A DNA stretch of 24,000 nucleotides, from the sequence record KM209228.1; one strand, given 5' to 3'. The translations under genes and the position numbers were made by a program. The notes below the pieces were generated by a model, which did not search any database, had not been told where the DNA came from, and worked only from the letters and a program-made list of their open reading frames with translations. This document shows, one piece after another, positions 1 to 8,330 of the stretch. The stretch comes from Dickeya phage phiD3. Within the stretch, counting starts at the first letter, position 1. Each line of letters opens with the position of its first letter.

Positions 1-30
1 AAAACTGAAGTCTAATCGTTCTTCAATAAA

Positions 31-64
31 AGGGGATAGGGTATTATTGCCCTATCCCCTTTTT
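31..64 (+). terminator. Rho-independent terminator
   Basis: Perfect 11-bp stem AGGGGATAGGG / CCCTATCCCCT (31-41 / 50-60), 8-nt loop, followed by TTTT. Confidence 0.9.
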
Positions 65-65
65 C

Positions 66-443
66 ATGGACAAGAACATGACAGACAAGCCAAGAAAGAT
101 TGCGATTGTTGGAGCCGGACTGGGCTCTCGGCTGATCAAAATCCTGCTGGAAGAGAAGCTGCCAGGAGTGGAGGTTGTCCACATCACACCCGATGATATT
201 CCGAAGCGTCGGAGTGAACCGGGTGAGCGCATGATCATTTGTGACGAGTTACAACAGATGCTAGACACCAAGGCTCTGATTGCCAAGCTGAAACAACGTG
301 ACACGGAGATGTCTGCTGAATGTGATATGCGGGAGTTTTACGCTGACCGCCGCTATCAAGAACCCACACGCCTGCGTGGAGCCGCTGCTCACAAACGCCA
401 GGCCACCAAAATGAAGAACAAAAGCCGGAGCAAACGCAAATGA
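66..443 (+). CDS. hypothetical protein with an N-terminal Rossmann-like beta-alpha start (KIAIVGAGLGS) and a Lys/Arg-rich tail; alternative start at 78
   Basis: Open frame ending in an ATGA overlap with the next gene; GxGxGS-like motif near the N-terminus. Confidence 0.7.
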   Translation: MDKNMTDKPRKIAIVGAGLGSRLIKILLEEKLPGVEVVHITPDDIPKRRSEPGERMIICDELQQMLDTKALIAKLKQRDTEMSAECDMREFYADRRYQEPTRLRGAAAHKRQATKMKNKSRSKRK

Positions 444-886
444 CTACCAAACCAACTTATGAAGAACTGGCACAGACAGTTCTGACATTTGACGAAACAC
501 TGAAGACCCTGTACAAGGTGCTGGGCAAGAATCCGACTTCAGAGTCAGGCAGCGCAGTCAATCTTCTGTTGTTGCTGAATCCTCTGTGGGATATTGATGC
601 CACTGTGGCCGCCCTGAGAGATCCTGGGGCACAGGAGCCAGAGCCAGCCCCTGCCGCCGCAGGCATCCAGAATTATCTGGAGAACTTTGACGAGTACTCC
701 TTCACCGACCTGCTCCTGCGCGATCTGATCAACACAGAACGTCGCCGCCAGGAAAAGAATTGCCCTGTGGTTCAGTCCGACGAAGAAATCGAGCAGGCTG
801 TTCGAGACGGGTTGGAAGCCTCTATCGGGCTGGCTGTGATGATCGTCCAGGCGCTGTCATACGCCGCCAAAGGGGAAACCAAATGA
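440..886 (+). CDS. hypothetical protein
   Basis: 148-aa ORF with ATGA overlaps at both ends (440-443 and 883-886), consistent with an operon. Confidence 0.75.
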   Translation: MTTKPTYEELAQTVLTFDETLKTLYKVLGKNPTSESGSAVNLLLLLNPLWDIDATVAALRDPGAQEPEPAPAAAGIQNYLENFDEYSFTDLLLRDLINTERRRQEKNCPVVQSDEEIEQAVRDGLEASIGLAVMIVQALSYAAKGETK

Positions 887-1083
887 AGAAGTCATCCGCT
901 GCCGTCGCTGCCATGTTGGCGCTGTCGGAAATGGAAGTCATCGCCACGCATCGCGGGGACGATATGTGGGGACGTCGTTACACTCAGGGCGGCGCACCCG
1001 GTGAACCGGGACATGGCCGCCCGTCTGTAACCCGCAAGAAGAAGGCGAAGACCAATGGAAAGAACAAGCGCAAACGTAAGTGA
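883..1083 (+). CDS. small hypothetical protein with highly basic C-terminus (RKKKAKTNGKNKRKRK)
   Basis: ATG at 883 overlaps the upstream stop (ATGA). The supplied track gives a longer form starting at 760, which would overlap the upstream gene extensively. Confidence 0.65.
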   Translation: MKKSSAAVAAMLALSEMEVIATHRGDDMWGRRYTQGGAPGEPGHGRPSVTRKKKAKTNGKNKRKRK

Positions 1084-1228
1084 GGAGCGCCTGAAGGATT
1101 TGTCCATCGGCAATCCCAAATTAGCCAGGTCATGGGTGATGTTTGAAGAAGGCAAGATGATGGCCGACGAGATCATCTTCCTTCGAGCAGAGGTCGCTCG
1201 ATTAAGTAAAACTGAACCCGAAAAGTAG
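1055..1228 (+). CDS. small hypothetical protein, 57 aa (MERTSANVSEERLKDLSIGNPKLARSWVMFEEGKMMADEIIFLRAEVARLSKTEPEK)
   Basis: Not in the supplied ORF track. Fills the gap between two genes and overlaps the 883-1083 ORF out of frame. Confidence 0.5.
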   Translation: MERTSANVSEERLKDLSIGNPKLARSWVMFEEGKMMADEIIFLRAEVARLSKTEPEK

Positions 1229-1238
1229 AGGATATGTT

Positions 1239-1586
1239 ATGAGTTCTATTGAACAGCTGATCACCCCACAGTATGTGTACTCCAACATCGTTGAGCATCT
1301 GCGCTCACAGTTGAACGTGGGAACCCTGAGCAGCACTGACCTGAAAGATCTACAGATCACCGAAGTGGAAGTGGCGGCATTCGGTAGCCGTTATCACTTC
1401 AACGTGGATTACACCCGCATTGAAGAAGAGAAGGCATCGATCATCGCGCTGGCCACTCCGGTCAACCCTCGCAAAGAACCTGTGTCGGTCACCCGCACGG
1501 TCGTGGGTTATCTTGAGGAAACTCTTGAGCCTGGGGCTACCCGACCGACATTCAACTTCCAGGCACGATTTGCCACAGAAGATTGA
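1239..1586 (+). CDS. hypothetical protein
   Basis: 115-aa ORF, GAGG upstream of ATG, followed directly by a terminator. Confidence 0.75.
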   Translation: MSSIEQLITPQYVYSNIVEHLRSQLNVGTLSSTDLKDLQITEVEVAAFGSRYHFNVDYTRIEEEKASIIALATPVNPRKEPVSVTRTVVGYLEETLEPGATRPTFNFQARFATED

Positions 1587-1593
1587 TCTGAAC

Positions 1594-1617
1594 AAAGCCC
1601 TCAGCCGAGGGCTTTTT
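1594..1617 (+). terminator. Rho-independent terminator
   Basis: AAAGCCCTC AGCC GAGGGCTTT TT; 9-bp stem with T tract. Confidence 0.85.
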
Positions 1618-1693
1618 CAATTGAAGCCCACCACAGTATCATACCCACTCAACCAATATGTTTCCCCTTTGACATTGATAGGATTTCTACACT

Positions 1694-4450
1694 ATGAAAA
1701 TGCGCAAGTCCGAGCACTTCATCCGCTCGTCGTCTTCCATTCAAGGGCAGGCGTTCAACGTAAAGATGAACGACAAGATGTTTGAGACTCTGTTCTCATC
1801 CTTGTATCGTTACAAAGAGGCAGCAGCCCTGCGTGAAACCACCTGTAACGCCATCGACTCCCATGGCATGCGCGATCGTATGCACCGTATGGTAGCATCC
1901 CACTACGCACCTCTCACTCCCCCTCCTGCTCGCCACAGCAAATACCTTGCTCCGAAGGGCACACGTGTTGTTGTGCATCTGCCTGATGACTTCGAGCCAT
2001 GGTTGGAAATCCGCGATTACGGTATTGGGCTGCCGCTTGAAAAGATCATCGGCGAAGCCATCCCAGCCCAGGAAGACGAAGTGCTGTTGGAAGGCAACAT
2101 GGTCGTGAAGGAAGACGAGATCCCAGATTCCGCCGAAGTCATTGGCGTTCCAGGATTCTATAATGGATCTCTGGTGTTCCGTCGTGAAGACGGAGAAATC
2201 ATCCGCTCACCTGGACTGTACACGACCCTCTTCCACAGTACGAAGGAAGAAGACGATGACCAGATCGGGGCGTTCGGTCTCGGTTCCAAATCGCCGTTCG
2301 CTGTGTCCGATTCGTTCACTGTGGAAAGTCGCATGGAAGGCAAACTCCATCGCTTCCTGATGTATCTGAACGCCAAGCGCATCCCGACTGTTGACCTGAT
2401 CACCAAAGACCTGGACACCCGCGATCCTAAACCTGAAGACACCGATGAGTTTAACGGCATGACGGTTAAGATCCCTGTGAAGAACGCTCGCTTCTCTGCG
2501 TTCTCTGATGAACTGGTCCGCCTTGGTCGTGTCATGCGCCCTGAACAACGTCCGGTTGTTGAGAACGCTTCATACCGTTTCGGCTGGGAAGACATCAGCT
2601 ACGATTTCAAGGTCAACAACACGTACATCCAGCCGAAGGGCAACGACCACACCCACTACGCTGTGATGGGCGGCGTGTCGTACCCGATTGACCTGGATCA
2701 GCTGGACCCAGACACTTCCTCCATCATGAGCAAGTTTCCGTCGTCCTATACGTTCTTCGAACTCGGTTCCCTGAACGTACCACCGTCACGTGAAGACCTT
2801 TCATATGACGAATTTACGCGTGAGACGCTCTCTGAGGAGTTTAAAAAGACCGCCAATGCAATCTTGACAGAAAAGATGCGCGACCTGGAGCTGGCGTGTA
2901 AGCGTGGTCCTCTTGCCCTGTATATGGAGAAGGCAAGACTGAGCGAAATGTTCGGCAGCGGGTTCCGTAAGATGGTTGAAAAAGAATACCCGGCGGACAA
3001 GCGCTTCCACGATTCATATTATCGTTACCCGATGCCTGTTGAGATGGAGCGTGATTATGGCCATACCGCTCCGTTCACTGAACTGTCATCACCGTTCTCC
3101 ATGGAGATCTTCTATGACTGGGGTGAGTCCAGCACTTTGACTATCTCAGAAATACAGAAATGGATCGAACGCGGCCAGCATGTTACTGTGGTCATAGAAG
3201 ACAGCGTTCGTGCTCGTAACCTGAAGATCAAGCAGCTGAAGGACACGGGCACTATGGTTGTCGTGGCCAAGCCGAACACTTCTTACGTCACCAAGCGCAA
3301 TCAGTCCAAGGACAACCCTGCGTTCAAGAATGCGCAGGATCTTCATGACTTCTTTGAATCCTGGATTGGTAAGGAAGAAACCACGGTCGACTATCTCTGC
3401 TTCGCCGATAAGTTCATCGATTGGTTGAGTGCGGTGTTTGAGCCTGCCGAAGTCAAGTTCATGAACGAACTGACGTATGTCACACCTCCGGTCACCAAAG
3501 ATCCTGGGTTGTTCCCGTTCACGAACAGCAACTTCGACATCCGTCAACATGAAGAACTGACAGGCGACCAGATCTCTGATATCATCAACAAAGGTGAGCG
3601 CATCGTTTACATCGAAGTGTCTGGCCATGAGTGTATCCATCAGGTGATGGACAGGACGTTGACAGCTGCGGCAGCGCGGGGTATTCGTAAATCTCTGTAT
3701 GATCACGCAGTCAGTGTCGACGATGAAGGCAAGCCAGTGTACATCAGCAATATGTTGAATGTTCACAACAGGATCTTCCTGGCTCGTCGTAAATCTGTGC
3801 CAATGATGAAGAAGTTCCCAGAGGTCTTCATACCGATTGATGAGATCCTGAAGATCATGTTGGAAAACGTGAAGCCGATGATGGAGCGCGATAATGCCGA
3901 ACGCATGCTGAAATCGTATCGTCGCATGCGCCTTGGGGCAAACCGATTGAAATACGGGAGCCATCTGGTTCAACAGGCGTTCGGTGATGTTGATGAAGAT
4001 CGCTATGGTAAATTGGTCACTCGCTACAACAAATTAATGGGTATTATAGACGATATCATGGATGAGCAGACTGTGCGCCATTATCACAGCCTGGTGAAAG
4101 CCCCGGTATCGATCAACGATAAGCGCCGCTTCAGTCATTTCCAGGACACAATAAGTTCTCTCAATGTGTACCTGTACACCAACGAGCGCAATGAAAAGAT
4201 ATTCCGCTCAGAGCATCAGATGATGCAGATCTTTGGATATGCTTCGGATGCCCTGCAGTCTCATGGGTTTACGCGGTTTGATATTGCACGCACACCGACG
4301 CGGAAAGCAAAGCGGGACAACCGATTGACCATCGAGCGGCACCGTGTTATCCGGTTCTTGAAAGAGAACTACAAACCAAGCGCCCTGAACCCGATCGAAG
4401 AATCATCGGATTACTTGGACGTTATTTCAAATTCCATTGTCAGGGCATAA
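1694..4450 (+). CDS. rIIA: rIIA-like protein (GHKL ATPase domain), 918 aa
   Basis: N-terminal ATPase motifs (ALRETTCNAIDSH; EIRDYGIGLP; FGLGSKSPFA) and position immediately upstream of an rIIB-like gene. Confidence 0.88.
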   Translation: MKMRKSEHFIRSSSSIQGQAFNVKMNDKMFETLFSSLYRYKEAAALRETTCNAIDSHGMRDRMHRMVASHYAPLTPPPARHSKYLAPKGTRVVVHLPDDFEPWLEIRDYGIGLPLEKIIGEAIPAQEDEVLLEGNMVVKEDEIPDSAEVIGVPGFYNGSLVFRREDGEIIRSPGLYTTLFHSTKEEDDDQIGAFGLGSKSPFAVSDSFTVESRMEGKLHRFLMYLNAKRIPTVDLITKDLDTRDPKPEDTDEFNGMTVKIPVKNARFSAFSDELVRLGRVMRPEQRPVVENASYRFGWEDISYDFKVNNTYIQPKGNDHTHYAVMGGVSYPIDLDQLDPDTSSIMSKFPSSYTFFELGSLNVPPSREDLSYDEFTRETLSEEFKKTANAILTEKMRDLELACKRGPLALYMEKARLSEMFGSGFRKMVEKEYPADKRFHDSYYRYPMPVEMERDYGHTAPFTELSSPFSMEIFYDWGESSTLTISEIQKWIERGQHVTVVIEDSVRARNLKIKQLKDTGTMVVVAKPNTSYVTKRNQSKDNPAFKNAQDLHDFFESWIGKEETTVDYLCFADKFIDWLSAVFEPAEVKFMNELTYVTPPVTKDPGLFPFTNSNFDIRQHEELTGDQISDIINKGERIVYIEVSGHECIHQVMDRTLTAAAARGIRKSLYDHAVSVDDEGKPVYISNMLNVHNRIFLARRKSVPMMKKFPEVFIPIDEILKIMLENVKPMMERDNAERMLKSYRRMRLGANRLKYGSHLVQQAFGDVDEDRYGKLVTRYNKLMGIIDDIMDEQTVRHYHSLVKAPVSINDKRRFSHFQDTISSLNVYLYTNERNEKIFRSEHQMMQIFGYASDALQSHGFTRFDIARTPTRKAKRDNRLTIERHRVIRFLKENYKPSALNPIEESSDYLDVISNSIVRA

Positions 4451-4458
4451 TAGCCCTG
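4441..4458 (+). other. small hairpin spanning the rIIA-like stop codon
   Basis: CAGGGC ATAATA GCCCTG, 6-bp stem with the TAA stop in the loop; no strong T tract. Confidence 0.4.
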
Positions 4459-4481
4459 TTAACCAACGTGGGAACTACAAG

Positions 4482-6044
4482 ATGAACAAGATTGATGAAA
4501 AGATCCTCAAGCATTTGAAGGAAGGCATGAGCCAGAGCGCAATTGCTGCTCTGCTGGGCATACCTCGCTCAACTGTGCAGCGTGTCGCAGACACCGAACT
4601 GGGTGTCAACCCATTGTCGCTGAAGTCCCTGACCACTGAAGAAATTCAGCAGATTCAGGAAAAGAGCAAGGCTGGGCAGAGCAACCGCGCCCTGGCCGAG
4701 TTCTTTGCTGTAAGCGCCAAGACGATTGCCCGTGCCCTGTTGGTCCGCATTACCGAGGAGGGAAACAAGGTAACTGTGATCTCTCCTATCAAGCCGGAAG
4801 AGCAGGAAGTCTTCGAAGTCCAACCGGGCGGCACAGCCAAAGACGTTGATGGCTCAGAATGGTATGTGGGGGCATATCTGCCGAACCACAACAAGTACCT
4901 GTGTCTCACTAACGACGGCAATTTCACAGGGGCTTTCTTTGAAAAGTCCGAACTGACCCCTGTGGAAGGGAACAGTCAAGCTTTCGGTGTTGAAGCTATC
5001 GGCAAGATGGCAGAAATCGCTGTGGCGCTGTCGGAAGGTGCGGACAAAGTTCCGGACAACGTTGAAATCAGCGTTGTTGTAGATGGGGAAACCTATCCTA
5101 TCCGTGGATCCCTGGATGCCCGTCGTCGCGTCGGTTACTTTGATGCTATCCTTGGTCGCACCCTGCGTCTGGCTCTGTCTTCTGTGGAATTCGCTGTCGT
5201 TACCAAAGAAGTTGAAGAAGTGGCTGACGACAAGAAGACCAAGCAAGACTTCGGCGCGAAAGACCTGGACGTGTTCCTGAACGAACACCAGATCCTGATT
5301 CTGCCCGACAGCGTTGTTATCGCGATTAACGGCAAGCCGGAAACGATCACCACTTCACACCCGGCCTATGACCGCATCGTACAGGCGATCAAAGACAAAG
5401 ACGTGAAGCTGGCATACTCGCTGATGCGCCCTCGTGATGCCATCGCTAAGTACGCTGAAGGTCTGGTAGACGTAACGGGTGGTAAAGTGAAGTGGTCTGG
5501 CCATGACATCACTGGCACCAGTATCGCCAAGCGTGTTCTGGCACTGATGCTGAAGGGTGATTTCACTAACCTGGATCGCATGGGCAAGTTCATGGACAAG
5601 ATGTTCCAGAACCCATCAGCTGCTCTGGTTCAGTCTGGTCGCATCTACGAGTTCATGGCATACTCCGACATTGAGATTGACGAAGATGGTGACATCATCC
5701 TCTACAAATCAGTGCGCGGGAACTACATGGACAAGCACAGCAACATGATCAGCAACGCTCCTGGCACTATCGTACGTATGGCTCGCTCATTCGTGAACGA
5801 CAACAACGCCACGCTGTGTTCCTACGGTCTGCACGTGTGCTCCCTGGCATACCTGAAGCAGTGCTTCGGCTCTGTTGGCCAGCGCGTCGTCCGTTGTAAG
5901 CTGAACCCGAAAGACATCGTGTCTATCACCAACGACTATGGCTCCAGCAAGATCCGCTGCTGTGAATACCTGGTGTTGGATGACTACACTGCCGAGTACA
6001 ATCGCCAGCACAAGTCGATTGATGTGACTGGCCTGTACAAGTAA
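4482..6044 (+). CDS. rIIB: rIIB-like protein, 520 aa, with two tandem N-terminal HTH-like segments
   Basis: C-terminal region (YKSVRGNYMDKHSN...GTIVRMARSFVNDNNATLCSYGLHVCSLAYLKQCFG...VVRCKLNPKDIVSI..DY) matches remembered T4 rIIB signatures. Start refined to ATG 4482 rather than 4437. Confidence 0.88.
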   Translation: MNKIDEKILKHLKEGMSQSAIAALLGIPRSTVQRVADTELGVNPLSLKSLTTEEIQQIQEKSKAGQSNRALAEFFAVSAKTIARALLVRITEEGNKVTVISPIKPEEQEVFEVQPGGTAKDVDGSEWYVGAYLPNHNKYLCLTNDGNFTGAFFEKSELTPVEGNSQAFGVEAIGKMAEIAVALSEGADKVPDNVEISVVVDGETYPIRGSLDARRRVGYFDAILGRTLRLALSSVEFAVVTKEVEEVADDKKTKQDFGAKDLDVFLNEHQILILPDSVVIAINGKPETITTSHPAYDRIVQAIKDKDVKLAYSLMRPRDAIAKYAEGLVDVTGGKVKWSGHDITGTSIAKRVLALMLKGDFTNLDRMGKFMDKMFQNPSAALVQSGRIYEFMAYSDIEIDEDGDIILYKSVRGNYMDKHSNMISNAPGTIVRMARSFVNDNNATLCSYGLHVCSLAYLKQCFGSVGQRVVRCKLNPKDIVSITNDYGSSKIRCCEYLVLDDYTAEYNRQHKSIDVTGLYK

Positions 6045-6060
6045 CCAAACCCCATCCACC

Positions 6061-6087
6061 AAGGAGGCTTCGGCCTCCTTTCTTTTG
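6061..6087 (+). terminator. Rho-independent terminator with TTCG tetraloop
   Basis: AAGGAGGC TTCG GCCTCCTT TCTTTT. Confidence 0.85.
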
Positions 6088-6095
6088 AGGTCGAT

Positions 6096-6401
6096 ATGTT
6101 AACCAACGACGTCTACTTCAAATATGCAAGGCAGGCATACGGCTCGCATCGCGTGACAGACAAGTTCCTGATTGACTCCTTTCAGTTCGAAGGTGAGACC
6201 AGAGAATACTCCCACAAGAACTTCCCTCCTCGCGAAGTGCACGGCGATCAGTTCGTGAAATTGTTCTGTCGCTGTGGTGGATGTGATTTCACGGATGATG
6301 GTTACGCGATGCACGTGTACTGCTGCAATTGCTGTGGTAAATACATAACAGTCTATAGGAGAACCGATCATGGCCAAGAAACCCGAAATCAAGAAAGTTG
6401 A
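6096..6401 (+). CDS. hypothetical Cys-rich protein (possible zinc-ribbon)
   Basis: ORF with GAGG upstream; CRCGGC...CCNCCG cysteine clusters. Confidence 0.65.
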   Translation: MLTNDVYFKYARQAYGSHRVTDKFLIDSFQFEGETREYSHKNFPPREVHGDQFVKLFCRCGGCDFTDDGYAMHVYCCNCCGKYITVYRRTDHGQETRNQES

Positions 6402-6795
6402 AACCCCAGCCCCAGCCCCTGTTGATGTTATCCAGGCGAAGGAAGAAGGTGTGCTGCCTTCCTACCTCCAACGTGCTGTTGACAACATGCCCGTAGGGGG
6501 AGACAACGGCGTCGTCTACGCTGGTGGGTATGGTTGGGTGTGCGAATACCAAGATGGCACCAAAGAACTCCTCCAGGAGCTTCCAGGGCTGGCGGGTACG
6601 CTCAAGCGCTACGGGCGTGACAAGTATGGCAAGCCGTTTGAGAAGGGTGCTGTCATCTCCACCAACATCACAGTAGAGACTCTGAACCTACTGGGCGTGG
6701 ATGATCTGAAGCTACTGGCCGCGCCGTTGGGCATCACAGTCGAAGACCGCATCACGCTGATTGCGCAACTCATCGAAAAATTACAGATTAAGTAA
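6370..6795 (+). CDS. hypothetical protein
   Basis: ORF MAKKPEIKKVETPAPAPVDV..., overlaps the 3' end of the previous ORF by 32 nt, with AGGAG upstream. Confidence 0.75.
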   Translation: MAKKPEIKKVETPAPAPVDVIQAKEEGVLPSYLQRAVDNMPVGGDNGVVYAGGYGWVCEYQDGTKELLQELPGLAGTLKRYGRDKYGKPFEKGAVISTNITVETLNLLGVDDLKLLAAPLGITVEDRITLIAQLIEKLQIK

Positions 6796-6825
6796 AGCAG
6801 TGTACAACAGCTGAACTTATTCTAT

Positions 6826-7218
6826 ATGGTTATCGTTGACGAAAGCAATCTGATGGATTACGCCCTGAGGCATTACATCGTTGATTCGGTCTCTTGGGAC
6901 GAGATGCTGGTAGACATACAGCGGATTTCGCTAATTAACCAATCATTGAAGAGATTTGTTCCTGGTAAGAGTCCACGGCTCATTTTGAATCAGCTGATCA
7001 CTCTCTTCAATACGTTCGAAGCAGAAGCAGTCTGTCGTATGCTTGTGTTGAAGACGGATAGGTCTCAGATGCCACGCCTCAAGGCTGCTTTGTTGACGAT
7101 AGGCGTATGGCGTGATGATTTATGTTCCGGTTCGTATGAACCAGATAACGAGCTGATGATGGCTCTGAACAACGATTTGGGCGAGTGGAGGAAACCATGC
7201 CAACAATCACTGTATTAG
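6826..7218 (+). CDS. hypothetical protein
   Basis: 130-aa ORF filling the gap between neighbours; weak ribosome binding site. Confidence 0.6.
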   Translation: MVIVDESNLMDYALRHYIVDSVSWDEMLVDIQRISLINQSLKRFVPGKSPRLILNQLITLFNTFEAEAVCRMLVLKTDRSQMPRLKAALLTIGVWRDDLCSGSYEPDNELMMALNNDLGEWRKPCQQSLY

Positions 7219-8006
7219 TAGCACCGGAAGTTGTTCGCAACAAACCGGAAACCGAGCGTCTGCACACTGTCACAGGCACTGCTCTGGGTTGGGAAAAGAC
7301 CAGTCTTAACCAAGACCCAGACGAGATCCTGACTGAGTGTAAAGGTCTGGATGCACTGCTGACCCAGAGTAATCTGCAGGCGGACGGTGTGACCAAAGTT
7401 GATCCAACCAAGCCTATCGGCTTTGAGATCACCTACGAAATCCACGACCCAAGCGCTGTGCTGACAACTGGTCTGGCCATCACCCCTGCAACTGCAGGCG
7501 GCGAAGTCGGTCAGGTTGTTGAACTGCTGGCGACCGTCGCTCCGGCGAACGCGACCTATCAGGGCGTCAACTGGTACTCGGGTGACATTACCAAAGCCGT
7601 TCACATTGGCGGTGGCAAATTCAAGCTGCTGGCATCGGGTTCAGTGACCGTCTATGGTGTAACCATCGAAGGTGGTCACACTGACTCCACGGTCATCACA
7701 GTAGCGGGTGCGCTGGCTCTGTCTACTGATCTGGCCGCTTCTCAGGACGTGACAGCAGGCGCTGACGCAACCTTCACCATCGCTGCTACAGGCGGCACCA
7801 CACCGTACACGTATGCTTGGTACTTCTCTGATGTCCCTGGCGGCGCTGGTGCGGTGATTGATGCAGGCGCTAATGCCACTGCAGCTACCGCAAGCCTGGT
7901 TATCACGGCAGTTGATGCCGCAGATGAGGGTGAGTACTGGTGTGTTGTTGAAGACGCCGACGGCCACTCTGTGACCTCTGCTCGTTGCGAAATGGCTGTG
8001 GTCTAA
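7197..8006 (+). CDS. Ig-like domain protein (possible virion decoration protein)
   Basis: Two beta-rich segments: GQVVELLATVAPANATYQGVNWYSGD...GSVTVYGVT (Big2-like) and AGADATFTIAATGGTTPYTYAWYFSD...DAADEGEYWCVVEDADG (Ig, Cys/Trp and DEGEYWC signature). Start set to ATG 7197. Confidence 0.8.
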   Translation: MPTITVLVAPEVVRNKPETERLHTVTGTALGWEKTSLNQDPDEILTECKGLDALLTQSNLQADGVTKVDPTKPIGFEITYEIHDPSAVLTTGLAITPATAGGEVGQVVELLATVAPANATYQGVNWYSGDITKAVHIGGGKFKLLASGSVTVYGVTIEGGHTDSTVITVAGALALSTDLAASQDVTAGADATFTIAATGGTTPYTYAWYFSDVPGGAGAVIDAGANATAATASLVITAVDAADEGEYWCVVEDADGHSVTSARCEMAVV

Positions 8007-8008
8007 TC

Positions 8009-8242
8009 ATGAAGGGCTTCCAGGACTTCCTTGAGGATGGCTCGGCAGCGCCTGGAACCACTACCGCCGATGTGGGGAAACCCGAAGGCGGTATGGTGAA
8101 AGAGCCTGTGAAGAAGCCCAAGGATCTTGAGGAAGAACAAGAGCAGACCCCCTTCCAAAAGATCTTTGGTAATATCTTCAAAGACCTGGACCTGAAGAAT
8201 GCACGAAAGTGGAACTTCAGGACAGGGAAATACGAAGACTAA
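8009..8242 (+). CDS. small hypothetical acidic protein
   Basis: MKGFQDFLEDGSAAPG..., ATG two bases after the upstream stop; followed by a terminator. Confidence 0.7.
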   Translation: MKGFQDFLEDGSAAPGTTTADVGKPEGGMVKEPVKKPKDLEEEQEQTPFQKIFGNIFKDLDLKNARKWNFRTGKYED

Positions 8243-8263
8243 AAGAGGCTCCGGCCTCTTTTT
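8241..8263 (+). terminator. Rho-independent terminator overlapping the upstream stop codon
   Basis: AAAAGAGGC TCCG GCCTCTTTT T; 9-bp stem. Confidence 0.85.
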
Positions 8264-8281
8264 CATTTCCAGCATACGGTG

Positions 8282-8287
8282 TATAAT
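8282..8287 (+). promoter_or_regulatory. putative -10 element (TATAAT) upstream of the 8331 gene
   Basis: TGTATAAT between the terminator and the next gene; the -35 region would fall in the T tract (TTTTCA). Confidence 0.45.
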
Positions 8288-8330
8288 GGACCCGTTCCCC
8301 ATGAGCGGAACCTAACTGAGGATACACCAA

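Noticed and set aside
1669-1698. TTGACA followed by TATGAA as a promoter for rIIA
   Set aside because: The -10 would overlap the ATG at 1694 so transcripts would start inside the gene; the TATCAT at 1637-1642 is a more plausible though weak -10.
3146-3973. 275-aa minus-strand ORF opposite the rIIA-like gene
   Set aside because: Antisense of a strongly supported coding frame; long antisense frames are expected from its codon bias. No recognisable domain or start signal.
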